NCBI GenBank assembly: GCA_002633005.1
Contig: NMRA01000517.1
Coordinates: 248,214-309,279 of the forward strand
DNA: 61,066 bases
From: Phoronis australis
Taxonomy: Eukaryota; Animalia; Phoronida
Reading direction: 5' to 3'
The position numbers and the translations under genes are program-made. Under the pieces are notes generated by a model. That model was given only the letters and a program-made list of their open reading frames with translations. It searched no databases and was not told the origin of the DNA. Of the stretch, positions 51,801 to 60,431 are shown one piece after another (position 1 is the stretch's first letter; each line of letters begins with the position of its first letter).

Positions 51801-52510
51801 GCTTACGGACTTGTGAATGCACGAACTTTACTTACATGTATGAACACGTAAAATTTCAGACATTCGGACTTGTATCTGACCTTCGGACAATAGATGTAAA
51901 GCCATTTTTGTTGCAGGGAACGACATGAGGGTCAGTCGGCTCAGAGAGCTACCGCTTCCCTTCCCCAGCTGCCCCCTATCCCACATGACAAAAGCTTCCT
52001 AACAAAAGCTCTATATAGTGAGGCAGCCAACTGCACAAATTCCTGTTGCAGTATTACGTAATCATTGACAAGGCCTTGGGAAGACATCAGAATAGAAGTC
52101 ACATTTATAACTATTTTAGCATGTATTTGAAATTTTATTTCCATATTAAAAATTCTTGACTAAAATCGCCGAACGAAAAAATGCTTCTCCCAACCATAAC
52201 CAAGTGCCTGTGCTCCGCGTTTATTATTTTGATTTGAGAACTTTATTTGAAATTGATAACATTTCTACTTAAGTTGCATCATACCGGCCTTGTTATTAAG
52301 AAATTGATAACATTTCTACTTAAGTTGCATCATAGCGGCCTTGTTATTAAGAAATTGATAACATTTCTACTTAAGTTGCATCATACCGGCCTTGTTATTA
52401 AGAAATTGATGTTCCTACTGTTCATTTCTCAGATTACAAATGATTTCTGTGTTTGGAAAGACCTTGTAGTTCATTACTACATAAATTACTTACGGCCAGG
52501 ATCATTTTAA
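724..52510 (+). CDS. XDH: Xanthine dehydrogenase/aldehyde oxidase-family molybdo-flavoenzyme, multi-exon, 5'-partial (FAD + Mo-pterin domains; 2Fe-2S exons upstream of window)
   Basis: 22 exons joined by GT-AG introns with consistent phases give 1,092 stop-free codons. Hallmark motifs: QIRNTATIGG, VGRP..H...[92 protein letters not shown]. Whether it is an XDH ortholog or an AOX-like paralog is unresolved. Confidence 0.95.
1935..3219 (+). mobile_element. Helentron-associated (HINE/DINE-1-like) non-autonomous element, copy 1
   Basis: T-run start; 5' inverted repeat ATGCGCCCA..TGGACGCAT; (CCGT)n microsatellite at ~1970-2065; ~150-bp internal subrepeats; 3' hairpin followed by CTCTTGTT. Related fragments flank it at ~1490-1930 and ~3230-3480. 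Confidence 0.7.
3745..5148. mobile_element. Kolobok-type non-autonomous DNA transposon (family 1), contains assembly gap
   Basis: TTAA flanks (3741-3744, 5149-5152); AGG...CCT termini; near-perfect ~155-bp TIRs starting AGGCGAAGGCAACCTTTTTCCATGTC. Confidence 0.85.
3979..4850. other. Assembly gap (N run)
   Basis: Run of N. Confidence 1.
5205..5372 (+). CDS. XDH: XDH/AOX exon (FAD domain)
   Basis: ttccag|...|gtgagt; (G)[55 protein letters not shown]; phase 1-1. Confidence 0.9.
5957..7238 (-). mobile_element. Full-length mariner transposon (irritans-like), 1,282 bp, intronic, antisense to host gene
   Basis: Perfect 28-bp TIRs CGAGGGTCGTTCAATAAGTTCTCGGCCT (5957-5984 / 7211-7238); TA on both flanks. 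Confidence 0.97.
5984..7072 (-). pseudogene. Mariner DD34D transposase with one in-frame stop and a mutated third catalytic Asp
   Basis: ORFs 6401-7072 and 5984-6391 share a frame ([11 protein letters not shown]). Motifs WVPR, VTQDETW, QDNAPAH and [11 protein letters not shown](Y) are present; the canonical form of the last is SPDLAPSD. Confidence 0.93.
7557..7760. repeat. ~39-bp degenerate minisatellite
   Basis: TCTGTTCAGAGTTTAAACAT.TAAATATCCTACAA units. Confidence 0.8.
8350..8426 (+). CDS. XDH: XDH/AOX exon (FAD domain)
   Basis: ttttag|...|gtacgt; [25 protein letters not shown]. Confidence 0.92.
9150..9426 (+). pseudogene. Penelope-like GIY-YIG endonuclease remnant
   Basis: [17 protein letters not shown]...[10 protein letters not shown]...VCVL...RFKE matches the PLE pattern YIGxTxxxLxxRxxxHR...VAxHF...H...R..E. 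Confidence 0.7.
9458..9918. repeat. 46-bp minisatellite, ~10 units
   Basis: TTTGTCTCCATACGCCCTGATAATGGGCCGCATGACTGAGTATCAA. Confidence 0.95.
10254..10356 (+). CDS. XDH: XDH/AOX exon (FAD domain)
   Basis: tttcag|...|gtactg; [34 protein letters not shown]. Confidence 0.9.
10878..11245. repeat. ~50-bp degenerate minisatellite
   Basis: ACCTGACACTTT...CATAACTCTACACCTGACA units. Confidence 0.7.
11735..11859 (+). CDS. XDH: XDH/AOX exon (FAD domain)
   Basis: atttag|...|gtaact; (D)[41 protein letters not shown]; phase fits both neighbours. Confidence 0.85.
14540..14808. repeat. 33-bp minisatellite, ~8 units
   Basis: CCCAGACTCAGCGAGGATATTGTGACTTGTGTT. Confidence 0.95.
14836..15168 (+). CDS. XDH: XDH/AOX exon (C-terminal FAD subdomain)
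   Basis: tttcag|...|gtaagt; [24 protein letters not shown]...LAYGGVG...[16 protein letters not shown]. Confidence 0.93.
15332..15521 (+). CDS. XDH: XDH/AOX exon (linker, start of Mo domain)
   Basis: attcag|...|gttcgt; ...[45 protein letters not shown]. Confidence 0.92.
15955..16130 (+). CDS. XDH: XDH/AOX exon (a/b hammerhead domain)
   Basis: ttgcag|...|gtacgt; (N)[58 protein letters not shown]. Confidence 0.93.
16488..16607 (+). CDS. XDH: XDH/AOX exon
   Basis: tcacag|...|gtaagc; [40 protein letters not shown]. Confidence 0.94.
16783..16936. mobile_element. Small MITE
   Basis: Inverted ends CGTTCAGTAGACGCTAGG / CCTAGCGTTACTGAACG. Confidence 0.55.
17591..17809 (+). CDS. XDH: XDH/AOX exon (QEHFYMET; Gln767 equivalent)
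   Basis: tcccag|...|gttcgt; EAIELESFY...[36 protein letters not shown]. Confidence 0.94.
18003..18066 (+). CDS. XDH: XDH/AOX exon
   Basis: tttcag|...|gtaagt; [21 protein letters not shown](G). Confidence 0.93.
18439..18699. other. Assembly gap inside a G-rich ~20-bp tandem repeat (TTATGGTTCTGTAGGGGG)
   Basis: Run of N with the same unit on both sides. Confidence 0.95.
19001..19072. mobile_element. Very short MITE-like element
   Basis: CATGGGCGGCG / CGCCGCCCATG termini; related fragments at ~18925-18997 and ~22690-22791; no clear TSD. Confidence 0.45.
19404..19473 (+). CDS. XDH: XDH/AOX exon (GGAFGGKE; Glu802 equivalent)
   Basis: atgcag|...|gtaagt; (G)[22 protein letters not shown]. Confidence 0.94.
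19528..19643. repeat. 38-bp perfect tandem repeat x3 with internal hairpin
   Basis: GCAGCTGCAGGCGGTCTGGTACACGCTGTACCAGATGT. Confidence 0.95.
20207..21367 (+). mobile_element. HINE-like element, copy 2
   Basis: Colinear with 2095-3219; 3' hairpin CAACGC-TCC-GCGTTG (21346-21360) followed by CTCTTGT. Confidence 0.72.
21553..21640 (+). CDS. XDH: XDH/AOX exon
   Basis: atgtag|...|gtattc; [29 protein letters not shown]. Confidence 0.94.
22812..22898 (+). CDS. XDH: XDH/AOX exon
   Basis: gtttag|...|gtaagt; [29 protein letters not shown]. Confidence 0.9.
23525..23716 (+). CDS. XDH: XDH/AOX exon (TAFRGFG)
   Basis: tttaag (AAG acceptor)|...|gtaaaa; [48 protein letters not shown]...LGIPFEE. Confidence 0.92.
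24555..24700 (+). CDS. XDH: XDH/AOX exon
   Basis: ttttag|...|gtatcg; [48 protein letters not shown](R). Confidence 0.93.
24745..26035 (+). mobile_element. HINE-like element, copy 3 (more diverged)
   Basis: Degenerate CCGT head, same subrepeats, same 3' end (AAGCACACC...GCATTTCAGCG...GCTCTTGTT). Confidence 0.65.
27600..28744. repeat. ~36-bp minisatellite, ~30 units, ending at a splice acceptor
   Basis: TATTTAGTGTCATAACTCATCCCTGTTTATCCTATA. Confidence 0.97.
28745..28922 (+). CDS. XDH: XDH/AOX exon (Moco-binding GQG motif)
   Basis: ttttag|...|gtttgc; [59 protein letters not shown]. Confidence 0.96.
29723..29851 (+). CDS. XDH: XDH/AOX exon
   Basis: tttcag|...|gtaata; [43 protein letters not shown]. 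Confidence 0.95.
31835..32125 (+). repeat. Interspersed repeat, copy 1 of 2
   Basis: Colinear with 47615-47915 (ACTAGAGGGCG.GCGTGTACTAGTGGTGATAGATTAA...AAAGGTAAGG...GCCGATGTCGACTTCGCGGCA). Confidence 0.8.
33259..33386 (+). CDS. XDH: XDH/AOX exon
   Basis: ttacag|...|gtaagt; [42 protein letters not shown](R). Confidence 0.95.
33640..34320 (+). mobile_element. Penelope-like retroelement pseudo-LTR remnant (ORF 3' end, hammerhead relic, ORF 5' start)
   Basis: [19 protein letters not shown]...TLSLY resembles a GIY-YIG C-terminus. It is followed by a hairpin at 34051-34088 and then LGDLL...[31 protein letters not shown], resembling a PLE N-terminus. Confidence 0.65.
35165..35320. mobile_element. 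hAT-type MITE, 156 bp
   Basis: TIR CAGTGCTGTAG / CTACAGCACTG; 8-bp TSD AACATAAA / AACATATA. Confidence 0.75.
36060..37550. repeat. 30-bp minisatellite split by solo LTR (36060-36456, 37329-37550)
   Basis: GATGTCGTTCAGGTATTGATGCAGGATAT-type units. Confidence 0.9.
36457..37328 (-). mobile_element. Solo LTR (872 bp) inserted in a minisatellite
   Basis: TGTCAGA...TCTGACA inverted termini; 5-bp TSD GATAT (36452-56, 37329-33); minus-strand AATAAA near 36550; the 30-bp array resumes on the other side. Confidence 0.8.
38290..38491 (+). CDS. XDH: XDH/AOX exon
   Basis: gtgcag|...|gtcagt; ...[51 protein letters not shown]. Confidence 0.96.
38950..41120. repeat. 28-bp minisatellite split by Kolobok copy A (38950-39182, 40864-41120; further units ~43243-43290)
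   Basis: GAGGTGACAAACCAAGTGAACACGT-type units. Confidence 0.9.
39187..40859 (+). mobile_element. Kolobok-type non-autonomous element (family 2, copy A) with THAP-like remnant
   Basis: TTAA flanks (39183-86, 40860-63); TIR AGGAGTATGCCACC / GGTGGCATGCTCCT; ORF 39332-39586 has F.LPRD....KW...V...LRIC (THAP-like). Confidence 0.85.
41133..43215. mobile_element. MITE interrupted by the 41375-43162 Kolobok element
   Basis: 41133-41183 (AAGTATTTTT..TAGAAATGTGCTTATTCTACGCGTACTCTTGCTT) is an imperfect inverted repeat of 43165-43215. Confidence 0.55.
41375..43162 (+). mobile_element. Kolobok-type element (family 1, older copy) with decayed transposase fragment
   Basis: TTAA flanks; termini AGGAGAGGGCAAC / GTTGCCTTCCCCT; right subterminus matches 4870-5148; internal [29 protein letters not shown] at ~42604-42690. 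Confidence 0.8.
43486..45152 (-). mobile_element. Kolobok-type non-autonomous element (family 2, copy B), inverted relative to copy A
   Basis: TTAA flanks (43482-85, 45153-56); reverse complement of 39187-40859 along its length; ORF 44753-45007 nearly identical to 39332-39586. Confidence 0.85.
45186..45353 (+). CDS. XDH: XDH/AOX exon
   Basis: ttctag|...|gtatga; [56 protein letters not shown]. Confidence 0.95.
45636..46256. repeat. Degenerate ~50-60-bp minisatellite
   Basis: GTAATTTGGTCCTCCAAGCCACCCACATCGTGTTCTTTTTGTCATC-type units. Confidence 0.85.
46640..47040. repeat. 22-bp minisatellite
   Basis: CAACACACCTGCCGACCTACTG-type units. Confidence 0.9.
47615..47915 (+). repeat. Interspersed repeat, copy 2 of 2
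   Basis: See 31835-32125. Confidence 0.8.
50763..50933 (+). CDS. XDH: XDH/AOX exon (catalytic Glu1261 equivalent, GEPP)
   Basis: ttatag|...|gtaaca; [29 protein letters not shown]...[20 protein letters not shown]. Confidence 0.96.
51010..51910. mobile_element. MITE-like element with imperfect TIRs and ACAAGTCCG subrepeats
   Basis: GTCGGAAGGCTCACAAGTCCGA near 51022 versus TCGGACTTGTATCTGACCTTCGGAC near 51864. Confidence 0.45.
52249..52410. repeat. 51-bp tandem repeat x3
   Basis: GAAATTGATAACATTTCTACTTAAGTTGCATCATACCGGCCTTGTTATTAA. Confidence 0.95.
52433..52510 (+). CDS. Tentative terminal coding exon of XDH/AOX
   Basis: Good acceptor (ttcatttctcag) followed by in-phase [25 protein letters not shown]. 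There is little similarity to known XDH tails. An alternative acceptor at 51916 (ttgcag|GGA ACG ACA TGA) is also possible. Confidence 0.4.
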   Translation: MTNDFCVWKDLVVHYYINYLRPGSF

Positions 52511-52813
52511 ATGGCGCCGACGATGGCCTCAAAGGGCAACTAACTTTCAATTTGTTACAAGCCTAGAAATCGACTTCTAATTTGAGGAGGGGTAGGGGAA
52601 ATTTTGAGACGAAATTTATAAGAACGATTGGTAAAATGTTGTTATTTAAAGAGGCGGGTTTATACCATTTTGTCTTTCCAAATTAAGTTTAAGTAGTTTT
52701 TCTGTTGATATTTTACATCTCATTTTGATTCTGAGTTTGATTGTTGCTTATCATAGTTGCAAGCAGTTTATCCCGTTCAATCCTCTGAATAAGATGTACT
52801 TATACACACAATT

Positions 52814-52886
52814 GAGACCATGGGTAAGTGGCTAAAGCGTCTGCACGGTGAGCAGAAGGTCCTGGGTTCGAGTCTCGGTCGGGGCA
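52814..52886 (+). mobile_element. tRNA-derived SINE head or tRNA pseudogene
   Basis: A-box-like AGTGGCTAAAGCG, anticodon arm TCTGC-ACGGTGA-GCAGA, B box GGTTCGAGTC; acceptor stem poorly paired. Confidence 0.6.
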
Positions 52887-53280
52887 GAAATCTTTTCGGA
52901 CTTATATTCATTAGGTCACGTGATGTGACCAAAAGAACGGGATAACCTGCTTCCAACATATTCCACGCATCATTGAATAAGATATATTTATACACTTATC
53001 ATAGTTGTTTAGGTCAAAAAGATTCAGTCCAGTGTTGTCTGTTTCTAGGTTGTAAACCTTTGAGGCCACAACACGTTTAGTACCGGAAAAGAAAGACAAG
53101 GGGCAGTAAGGAAAGAACATCATCGCATATGTCGGTCTCCAATTGACCTATCCCAAGCTCCACCCCATTGTGCTAAGTCGACAAACAAACAATAAGTTTT
53201 CGCCGGGAATGTATTGTTCGTCGGGTAAAGTGGCGCCTTGGAAACAAAGGCGTGTCAAGAATGTTGCGTTCTGATTGGTN

Positions 53281-53410
53281 GTATATGTCGGTGCGTATAT
53301 GTCGGTGCGTATATGTCAGGGCGTATATGTCAGTGCGTATATGTCAGTGCGTATATGTCAGTGCGTATATGTCAGTGCGTATGTGTCAGTGTGTCAGAGA
53401 TATGTCGGTG
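53281..53410. repeat. 14-bp minisatellite
   Basis: GTATATGTCAGTGC units. Confidence 0.9.
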
Positions 53411-55249
53411 TGTGGCGGAGGGAAGTGAAATGAGAACTAACTTGATGTGATGCAGAAGGTCGTCCACTAGTTTGTCGTTGATTAGGTCTTGTGACCATGT
53501 TTTTAATAAAATTTAGTAAGTTCGGTTGGTAGTAAAACAATCATATCAATAACATGACCGAATTTTATCATATATAAATCTTCTAGATGAAATCTCACAA
53601 CGTTGTTTCAGTTTTCTGAAGAATCACGTCGTTTTCATTTTATGCAACACAGAGTTATTTTTCGTTATAATCATGCACAACGAATAAGTGAACCAGGTTT
53701 GCGAATTGCAAACTCGAGGTCACGGAGAGACACCCAAAGCAAAGAGAGAAAATGAGCCAAATAAACTTTAGGCGCAAAGAACAAGAAACTAAAAGACGAG
53801 AAAATGACGAATATTATAGTTAAAGAAGTATGCTTACATCATGAAATCCTCATTGCATACACAATCAGCTAACGACCAACACACCTGCAGCGTACACAGA
53901 TCATGGATAACGAACCTGAATGCCAAGAATATGGCAGGAAAACGCATTTAAAGGCCAATGGCACGTGAGCAACGAAGGAATGGGAGGGGGGGGCGTACAA
54001 CATACGGGAGTAACTATACAAATACATGCAACTATCCAAGCGATACCATATATATTGGCAATACGTATGCTTGCATCTGCAGTAACATTATTTCCCCGAG
54101 GAAGCGGGGAAACTTCGTTGACCAAATACAATCAAATGCTGCACACTCAATCAAAGCTTAAAAACCGAGTAAAACTATAATAAACATACACAATATCACT
54201 GTTTTTAATCCTCAGAACAAAGGAACTAATTGCAGGTTGTCACAAAATAAACCCCAAAGTTCTCCGTACAATGGCTGCGAAGATAATACGAGCTGGCCGT
54301 CGTCTGACCAAAAGCCGACGCATGGCCTGGGTAAAGAAGCAGGTGATTATGACATCAAAATGCTTATACACTTTTCTACGTGCTTAACTTCACATGGACC
54401 GAACAAGCCTGTGCGTACACGTAAAAGTATCTCCGAGAATATTGCGTTCAACAGGCAAATCAACCGTCTTCTGCTCACATTCTTGACCACGTAGACGACG
54501 GCAAGTCACACATCTGTTAATAACTTAACGAAACAATTGCGTTCGCGGTAACGCCCCAAAAAATTCTCTTGCAATTCTGAAAGAACGCGATGCCTGTCAG
54601 GCGCACGTGGAAATGGGGAACCACAGGCGTTGCCACGTGACTGCCTAAGCTACTCGTTGGGAAGATATCATACCTTGCTCCAACCGAGCTTTTGTCAAGA
54701 CGACCGCCAACATGTAACAAACCTCTGTCTCAGAAAGGGTCCAGATTAACGAGTGCCTTACTTTTATTCCCTCCGCCGCTGCCGAGAGCCTCTCAAAATC
54801 GTCTTTGGGGTGAATTTCACCACACTGGCTTCCGCTCATCCAACTCCTCGACAGCAAGTGGTGCCGTCACTGGGATCTTCATCTCGTTTTCGTTGCTCCA
54901 ACCATTTCTGAAATCTACTGAAGACAGCTACAGCTTTCTTTAACGGCATCCACTTGAAATAGTAATCAATAAATCGTTGCAAACCACCGGCGTTTTATTA
55001 TAATTATTATTTATTTATTAATATGATCTAACTTTTCAAAAACATTTATAAATTTTACACGGACATATTTTGCTTCAACGTCTTTAAGGATTGAATGTCC
55101 GTATCTTTTCAAGCCGTTCGCAACCGCGCGGACTGAAATACAACTATGCCGATAAGCTAACAGAGCTATCGTAGCGAGCCTCGTTTTGGAACGCGCCTCC
55201 TGTCGGCGTGAATTGGGTCTATACAGCTTTGTGCCAAAGCTACCCTTAA

Positions 55250-56150
55250 AGGCGAAGGCAACCTTTTTTCATGTCATTTTTAGCAAAAGTAAGGTTCGTT
55301 GATTATCCCAGACATATTTTTCACTTATTTACTGCTTTTCGTAATTTAATTAATTACTCGTCGCCTACTCCGGAAATGACGTTTTGGGAGGCAACACGCG
55401 CCAATTTCTTTTCATAAAATCTGACTGTGAGAGCAGTCGAGTCAGTCATTGTTGTACCTTGGTTGTGATAAGTTTGGTCGTCGTTTGCTTATGCTTACGA
55501 GTCAGTCAACATGCCACGCTGTTGGTGCGTACTGGGGTGTACTCATTATCGTCTCACGTACAGAGGAAGAACTGTCCCACTTGCCCGAGTGTCCCGCGAC
55601 ACATTCCCACTGGAGGGTGATCTGAGCACCCAAACTGCTTAAACTCTGCCGTGTGACTCCCTCGCCACACACCTGGCACCTTCGAAATAGCTCCAATACA
55701 AGTCCACAATAAACTTATCAAACTTAGGCTCACCGATCTGTTCATTGGATGACGAACTGTCGTCTTCACTGGGTGTCGAACTGGGCCTGTATTCACTCCC
55801 ACTACTCAACATCGCTGCAGGGCTGCTTACAGGCTCTGGGCTAGAGACAACAGCACAGGGCGAATCACTGCTAGTTCCAGGAATTGCAGGCAATGGGGTA
55901 CGTTCGGAGGCACGGGTGACAGTAGATGAAGAGCTTCCCGTCACTGTATATTGTGGCCACAGCTCGCGAGGCTTCTCAAACGAGGTTTATTTAGAATTTG
56001 TTGTGTTCTGGCGAACTGTGCAAAGTTTTTGGCTTTCAACAGAGATTTTCCCAGACTTTGTAAGAGTGCACCAAGCCCAGTAAAAAATGGGGGCTGGAAT
56101 TTTTGGGAATTTCTATCTTTTACTGTAAGATTCACTGGGTATGTTCAGAG
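55250..56150 (-). mobile_element. Kolobok-type element (family 1), one terminus plus transposase fragment; far end not found
   Basis: TTAA|AGGCGAAGGCAACC end homologous to 3745-3978. Minus strand reads LELFRRCQVCGE...LGAQITLQWECVAGHSGKWDSS (CxxC...CxxGH...WxS, recalled as the Kolobok transposase zinc motif). Homologous to 42300-42690. Confidence 0.72.
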
Positions 56151-58059
56151 CTATGAATTGCGGACGGCTAAATTTTGGTACTTCCTGTCTTCTAGTGGAA
56201 TATTGTCTCGTTTTCTACTTTTTTCGGAATTCGTGCTTCTCCGACTGAGGCAGACCTTTTCCATTTCTCCAAATAGGGTGTTCGTTCGAGCTCATAAGTA
56301 TGACAAGTCCAAAATGATTCAACCTTTTAACATAATAAGTAACTTAAAATGCACAATACTTTACAACATTTAGTATTACAAACACTGTCCAACAGCACAA
56401 GTTTCCATGATATGAAAGTGGACATACATGTTACTATTACCATTGTTTCCTTACACCAGAATTTGACAAGCATGATTTAAAAAAATATGAAGTTCCAAGG
56501 AACAAAAATTGGAGGCTTGGAGCTTCAGAATATCCAACATAGCTTATTTCTCAAATTAAGATTCTTCATATTGTTGACTTGATAACCTGAATTAAGAAAG
56601 CAATAAGTTACAAAACATGACTTGAAAGCAATTTAGACTTAAAATTTAGTAAAAATATGAACCATTTTGTGACGCCTAATCAAGCTTTGAACAGCAATTG
56701 ACAGTCAAACAACTATTTTTTTAGCTTGGTGTAAGATCACCTGAATGGGAAATTCACAGTAAAATAATTCGAACGATCTCATATTTTTTGCACAAAAACA
56801 CGAAAATTGAACAAATTTTCTTTTTTGTCGCAACGTTTGTCAATATGTATCAACGTTAAATTTCCACAAATTACAAAGTAACAGGTTGAACATGCCTTCC
56901 AGTTCAGCAAATGTCGCGATGTTGTCGGTGCCTCCAGAAATGAGTTCAAGTCCAACGGGAATTGTGAGCACATTTATCACTTAATAACTTATTTCAGCGT
57001 CGCAGTTGTTACTCAGTAACAACTGCGACGCTGAAATTTGGTGAAAACTGTTGAATCGTGGAGAATAGAAAGTAAAGATATGTCTCACTAAAATTCACCG
57101 TAAATTGTTGGCGGAAACAATTTACACAAAGTTTTAAACTCGTAACTTATCCCGCTGTCCTCCAATATGGCTGACGCGATCCAAACAAAGTGACCCAAAT
57201 TTCGCCACAAAAATTGCAATAACTTTACACTGCTTGCCCCGATTTTGATACTTTTTCGAGTTTTACTGAGTAGAATGCACTACCTTCCCGATGATAGCAA
57301 ATTACTTTTTCAAAACGAGAAAAAAATTCAAAACGAAAAAAATTGGTTCGACTCATATTGGTTCCTCGGTTCAACCGCCCTACGTAAGGAACTAAACGTC
57401 AATGCAATTTTAACATAATAAGTACGCGTAACATTTATCTGTGGAAGAATTCGATCACTTTCAGCAGTGTCGAAGTGAAAACCATTGTAAATTTTCAACG
57501 CAGCGTGTGCAAAAACAAGGAGACTTGGTATTTATTGGATTGGCCAGCTACCCTGGTGTTGGTACTATAGAAGACCCTTTTATGTTTAAAAGCCTGCCAC
57601 TGTTCGGACGGATTGTCCGTCAGGATAAGATGTGCGGGCGGTTCAATAGTGCCTGGAACAGGCTGGTCGCGATCGCCACACTCGGAGGTCGCCATATTGG
57701 ATTAAACTGTTCGAGCGCGAATGAACGGTTCAAAAGTGAAAGTTACACACCAAGTCCGAAAGTGACGACTGGAGTGAGGTTCTACACGTTATCTCAGTAG
57801 AGGACGTTCGGCACCGCTGTCACCATGTTACGTGGTCAAGCCCTATTTAGTGAGCGCAGAAATGTCTATGAATATACGAGCAAACAATTAATACCTGGTA
57901 TTACTTGACTAGGAGCTGTAGCGATATCTATCGGATAATAGACTGAACAGGTGCGACTACCCGGTCTCCTATCAGTGTTACACCGACCGGTTGTACGAAC
58001 AGCGTGGAAGATCTCCATGTAACCAAGCTACAAAAGGCCCGTATGTCGTCTGACGTAAT

Positions 58060-58372
58060 CCAAATGCTTCAAGGTCAACTGAATAAGCAAGCTTTGGATG
58101 AGATCAAGTCTTTTATGAGTCTAAACTAAAGTAAAAGCTACACTAATTAGTGATTTGGAGAGGCCAAAGTGACTGAGCTGAGCGACAATATAGATAATTA
58201 GGAACAGTATTCCCAAAGAAATAACATGGTGATCTATGGGATGGATGAGTGACGGAATGAAAATAAGGGTGTCGGCAATGATGCAGCTGTTGTAAAACGT
58301 GGCCAAAATTATTAAATGAAATAGCTCATGAGGACATCTGTCGCCGCCGTCGACTTGGCAAGAAGACAAGTC
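58060..58372 (+). pseudogene. LINE ORF1 (coiled-coil/RRM type) remnant
   Basis: KVTELSDNIDN*EQYSQRNNMVIYGMDE*..EN...EIAHEDICRRRRLGK resembles LEQYSRRNNL.I.G..E...DI...HRLG; contains stops and frameshifts. Confidence 0.6.
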
Positions 58373-60431
58373 AGCGTGTGACGTTTTCTAGGCTCGTGAC
58401 AGACTAAGGCATCTGAAAACGTTTAGCTTTTTTCAAAAAATATTAGCCGAACACTTTCTCCCTATCCACGGGTTAGGGGTATGCCGGCAACATGGGCATG
58501 ATGTTGACTTTAAAATATGGGTAGGCTTTACATGAACATGTCAGGTCAGTGGCCTTGTCAGTTGTCAAGTGAAGCTGAACCCCGTGTGGGGTTCTTCGGA
58601 TTTTCGCTGGCTCCGAGATACTTTTCCTCGAACACTTTTTTTTCGTCGTCGCAACTTTACAAAGTCCCAAATCATAAACGTACGATTCTCAGCTAAAAAG
58701 TACCGCCTGTTATTTTTGTCAAAGCCGTTTCGGAAAGTGCAAAAAACACCCATCAATTCCAGCAGGAACGTCGTTTAGCGACTGTGTATTTGCCTCTGAC
58801 GTCTTGCTTGCTTGTCGGGTGTCACGTGACTTTTCGCAAGGAGGCGGAGCTTGTGATAGGCCACAGCCTTAGATGCAACGCTACAATTGATCGTTTAGCC
58901 TATGGTGGCACTGAATAGTTAGGCTGTAGCCACAGGGCACTGAACAGTTAGGCTGTAGCCACAGGGCATTTCTAGTCCCTAGAATTTAAATACAGGGCGT
59001 GTGCCAAGTTTGGAGGAAGGTTTGATGAATTTGTTGTCTTTGTGAAAGAAATTGCCAGGAAAGTGATTTGCTTGTGTTTTTGAATGAGAAAAGCCAAGAT
59101 TTTTAGCCTGTGACCCACTTTCCCTGCAAAATGGTGGCTGTCGCTTGCTTTCAACCCCTGTCGCCTGTCGGCTGAGAAAACGGGTGCAATTTCAGGTGGC
59201 TGTCAGACAGATCCAAATTTCGAACAAAGTAGCTGGTAAGGAGCGTACTATGACCACATTTTTAGAATCCAGAAGGAACGAGAATTCTGATTCTGAATCT
59301 GTTGTCAATTTTTTTCTAGCACTTGCAGGGCAGTAGTAAATTAGGGGAGAAAACGGTCAAATTTGGTGGTTTTTGGTCATATTTTTGTGTGCCGGTTTTC
59401 GCCCGTTGTGAATTAAAAATGTGTAGCAGAATTAAGTTTCAGTTATCATGAGTAATGCTTTTGAGTTGGGAACGCCAAAAAATCTTTTGTTTTTTTCGGA
59501 CTCTTGATAAGACGTGAGAGAATGACTCGTCTTCACTTGGGTGTGTGTCGGTAGCCAAAACCCTGTTCTAACTGTAGTGTGCCCCCTATGCAACTCGGCC
59601 CAGTTTTAATCGTCTGCTCATGATTACGCCAATAATGATCTCGGTGTTACAAGCTATTACAACTTATCTGCTATTGGCAAGCTGTTGACAGCACGTCCAC
59701 TGTACGATACTTACAGACACGATTCTTACTACTAACAGTGGCGGATCTAGGGTATCACAAGGGGGGGGCCCAACGTTTTGTCCGGCTGTAAGCATTTGCG
59801 CAAACTGAACCACGATTGTAGATGCGCATAGCACCGAATGGGGGGAGGTTTGCCCTCCTCCCGCCCAGGAAATTTTTCTGTTTTTACCTCTAAAAAGCAA
59901 GCATTTTCCTTGATCCCTGAAGTATTATCCAAGAAAAAAGGCAATAAAAAAAACGGAAACGAAACTATCAGACTCAAACTCACGACCTGTGGCATAAAGC
60001 AGGCGTGCGTAACCAATACACCACCACGACTTAACTGCAACTATTGTTCCAAAAGACCTACTTGTTTATGGTCCACAGCGTTTGCGCGCGAAACCTACTT
60101 CTTTTTGCAATGCTTATTATACGTTTTGTGCCATCGATTCTTAACAAATTTGTCGTATTTAAAATAGTCTTCAAATGCCCAAAAGACCAAATCCGTTTTT
60201 CTTGTTGGCAATAATGACGGGATTGCTTTGGAAATCGTCTTAAGATAATGTTTGACAAAGAGAGTATTGCGAGTTTCTGAGTGATTCACTAAGACTTCGA
60301 TTAAAATTCACATCTTACCAGCAGCTTCTGTTTTTTCATCGTCACTCAGGTTCCATTTGCTTTAAAGTCACTATTTCCTTTACTTTCGCCTGCTTAGATC
60401 ACAAATTGAGCTTTGCCAATCGAAAGATATC

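Noticed and set aside
52814-52886. Functional tRNA-Thr(GGT)
   Set aside because: The acceptor stem does not pair, the anticodon loop lacks U33, and GGT is not the usual eukaryotic Thr anticodon. Treated as a SINE head or pseudogene.
53700-53830. Charged stretch NFRRKEQETKRRENDEYY resembling Helitron N-terminal repeats
   Set aside because: Too short and low-complexity to support a call.
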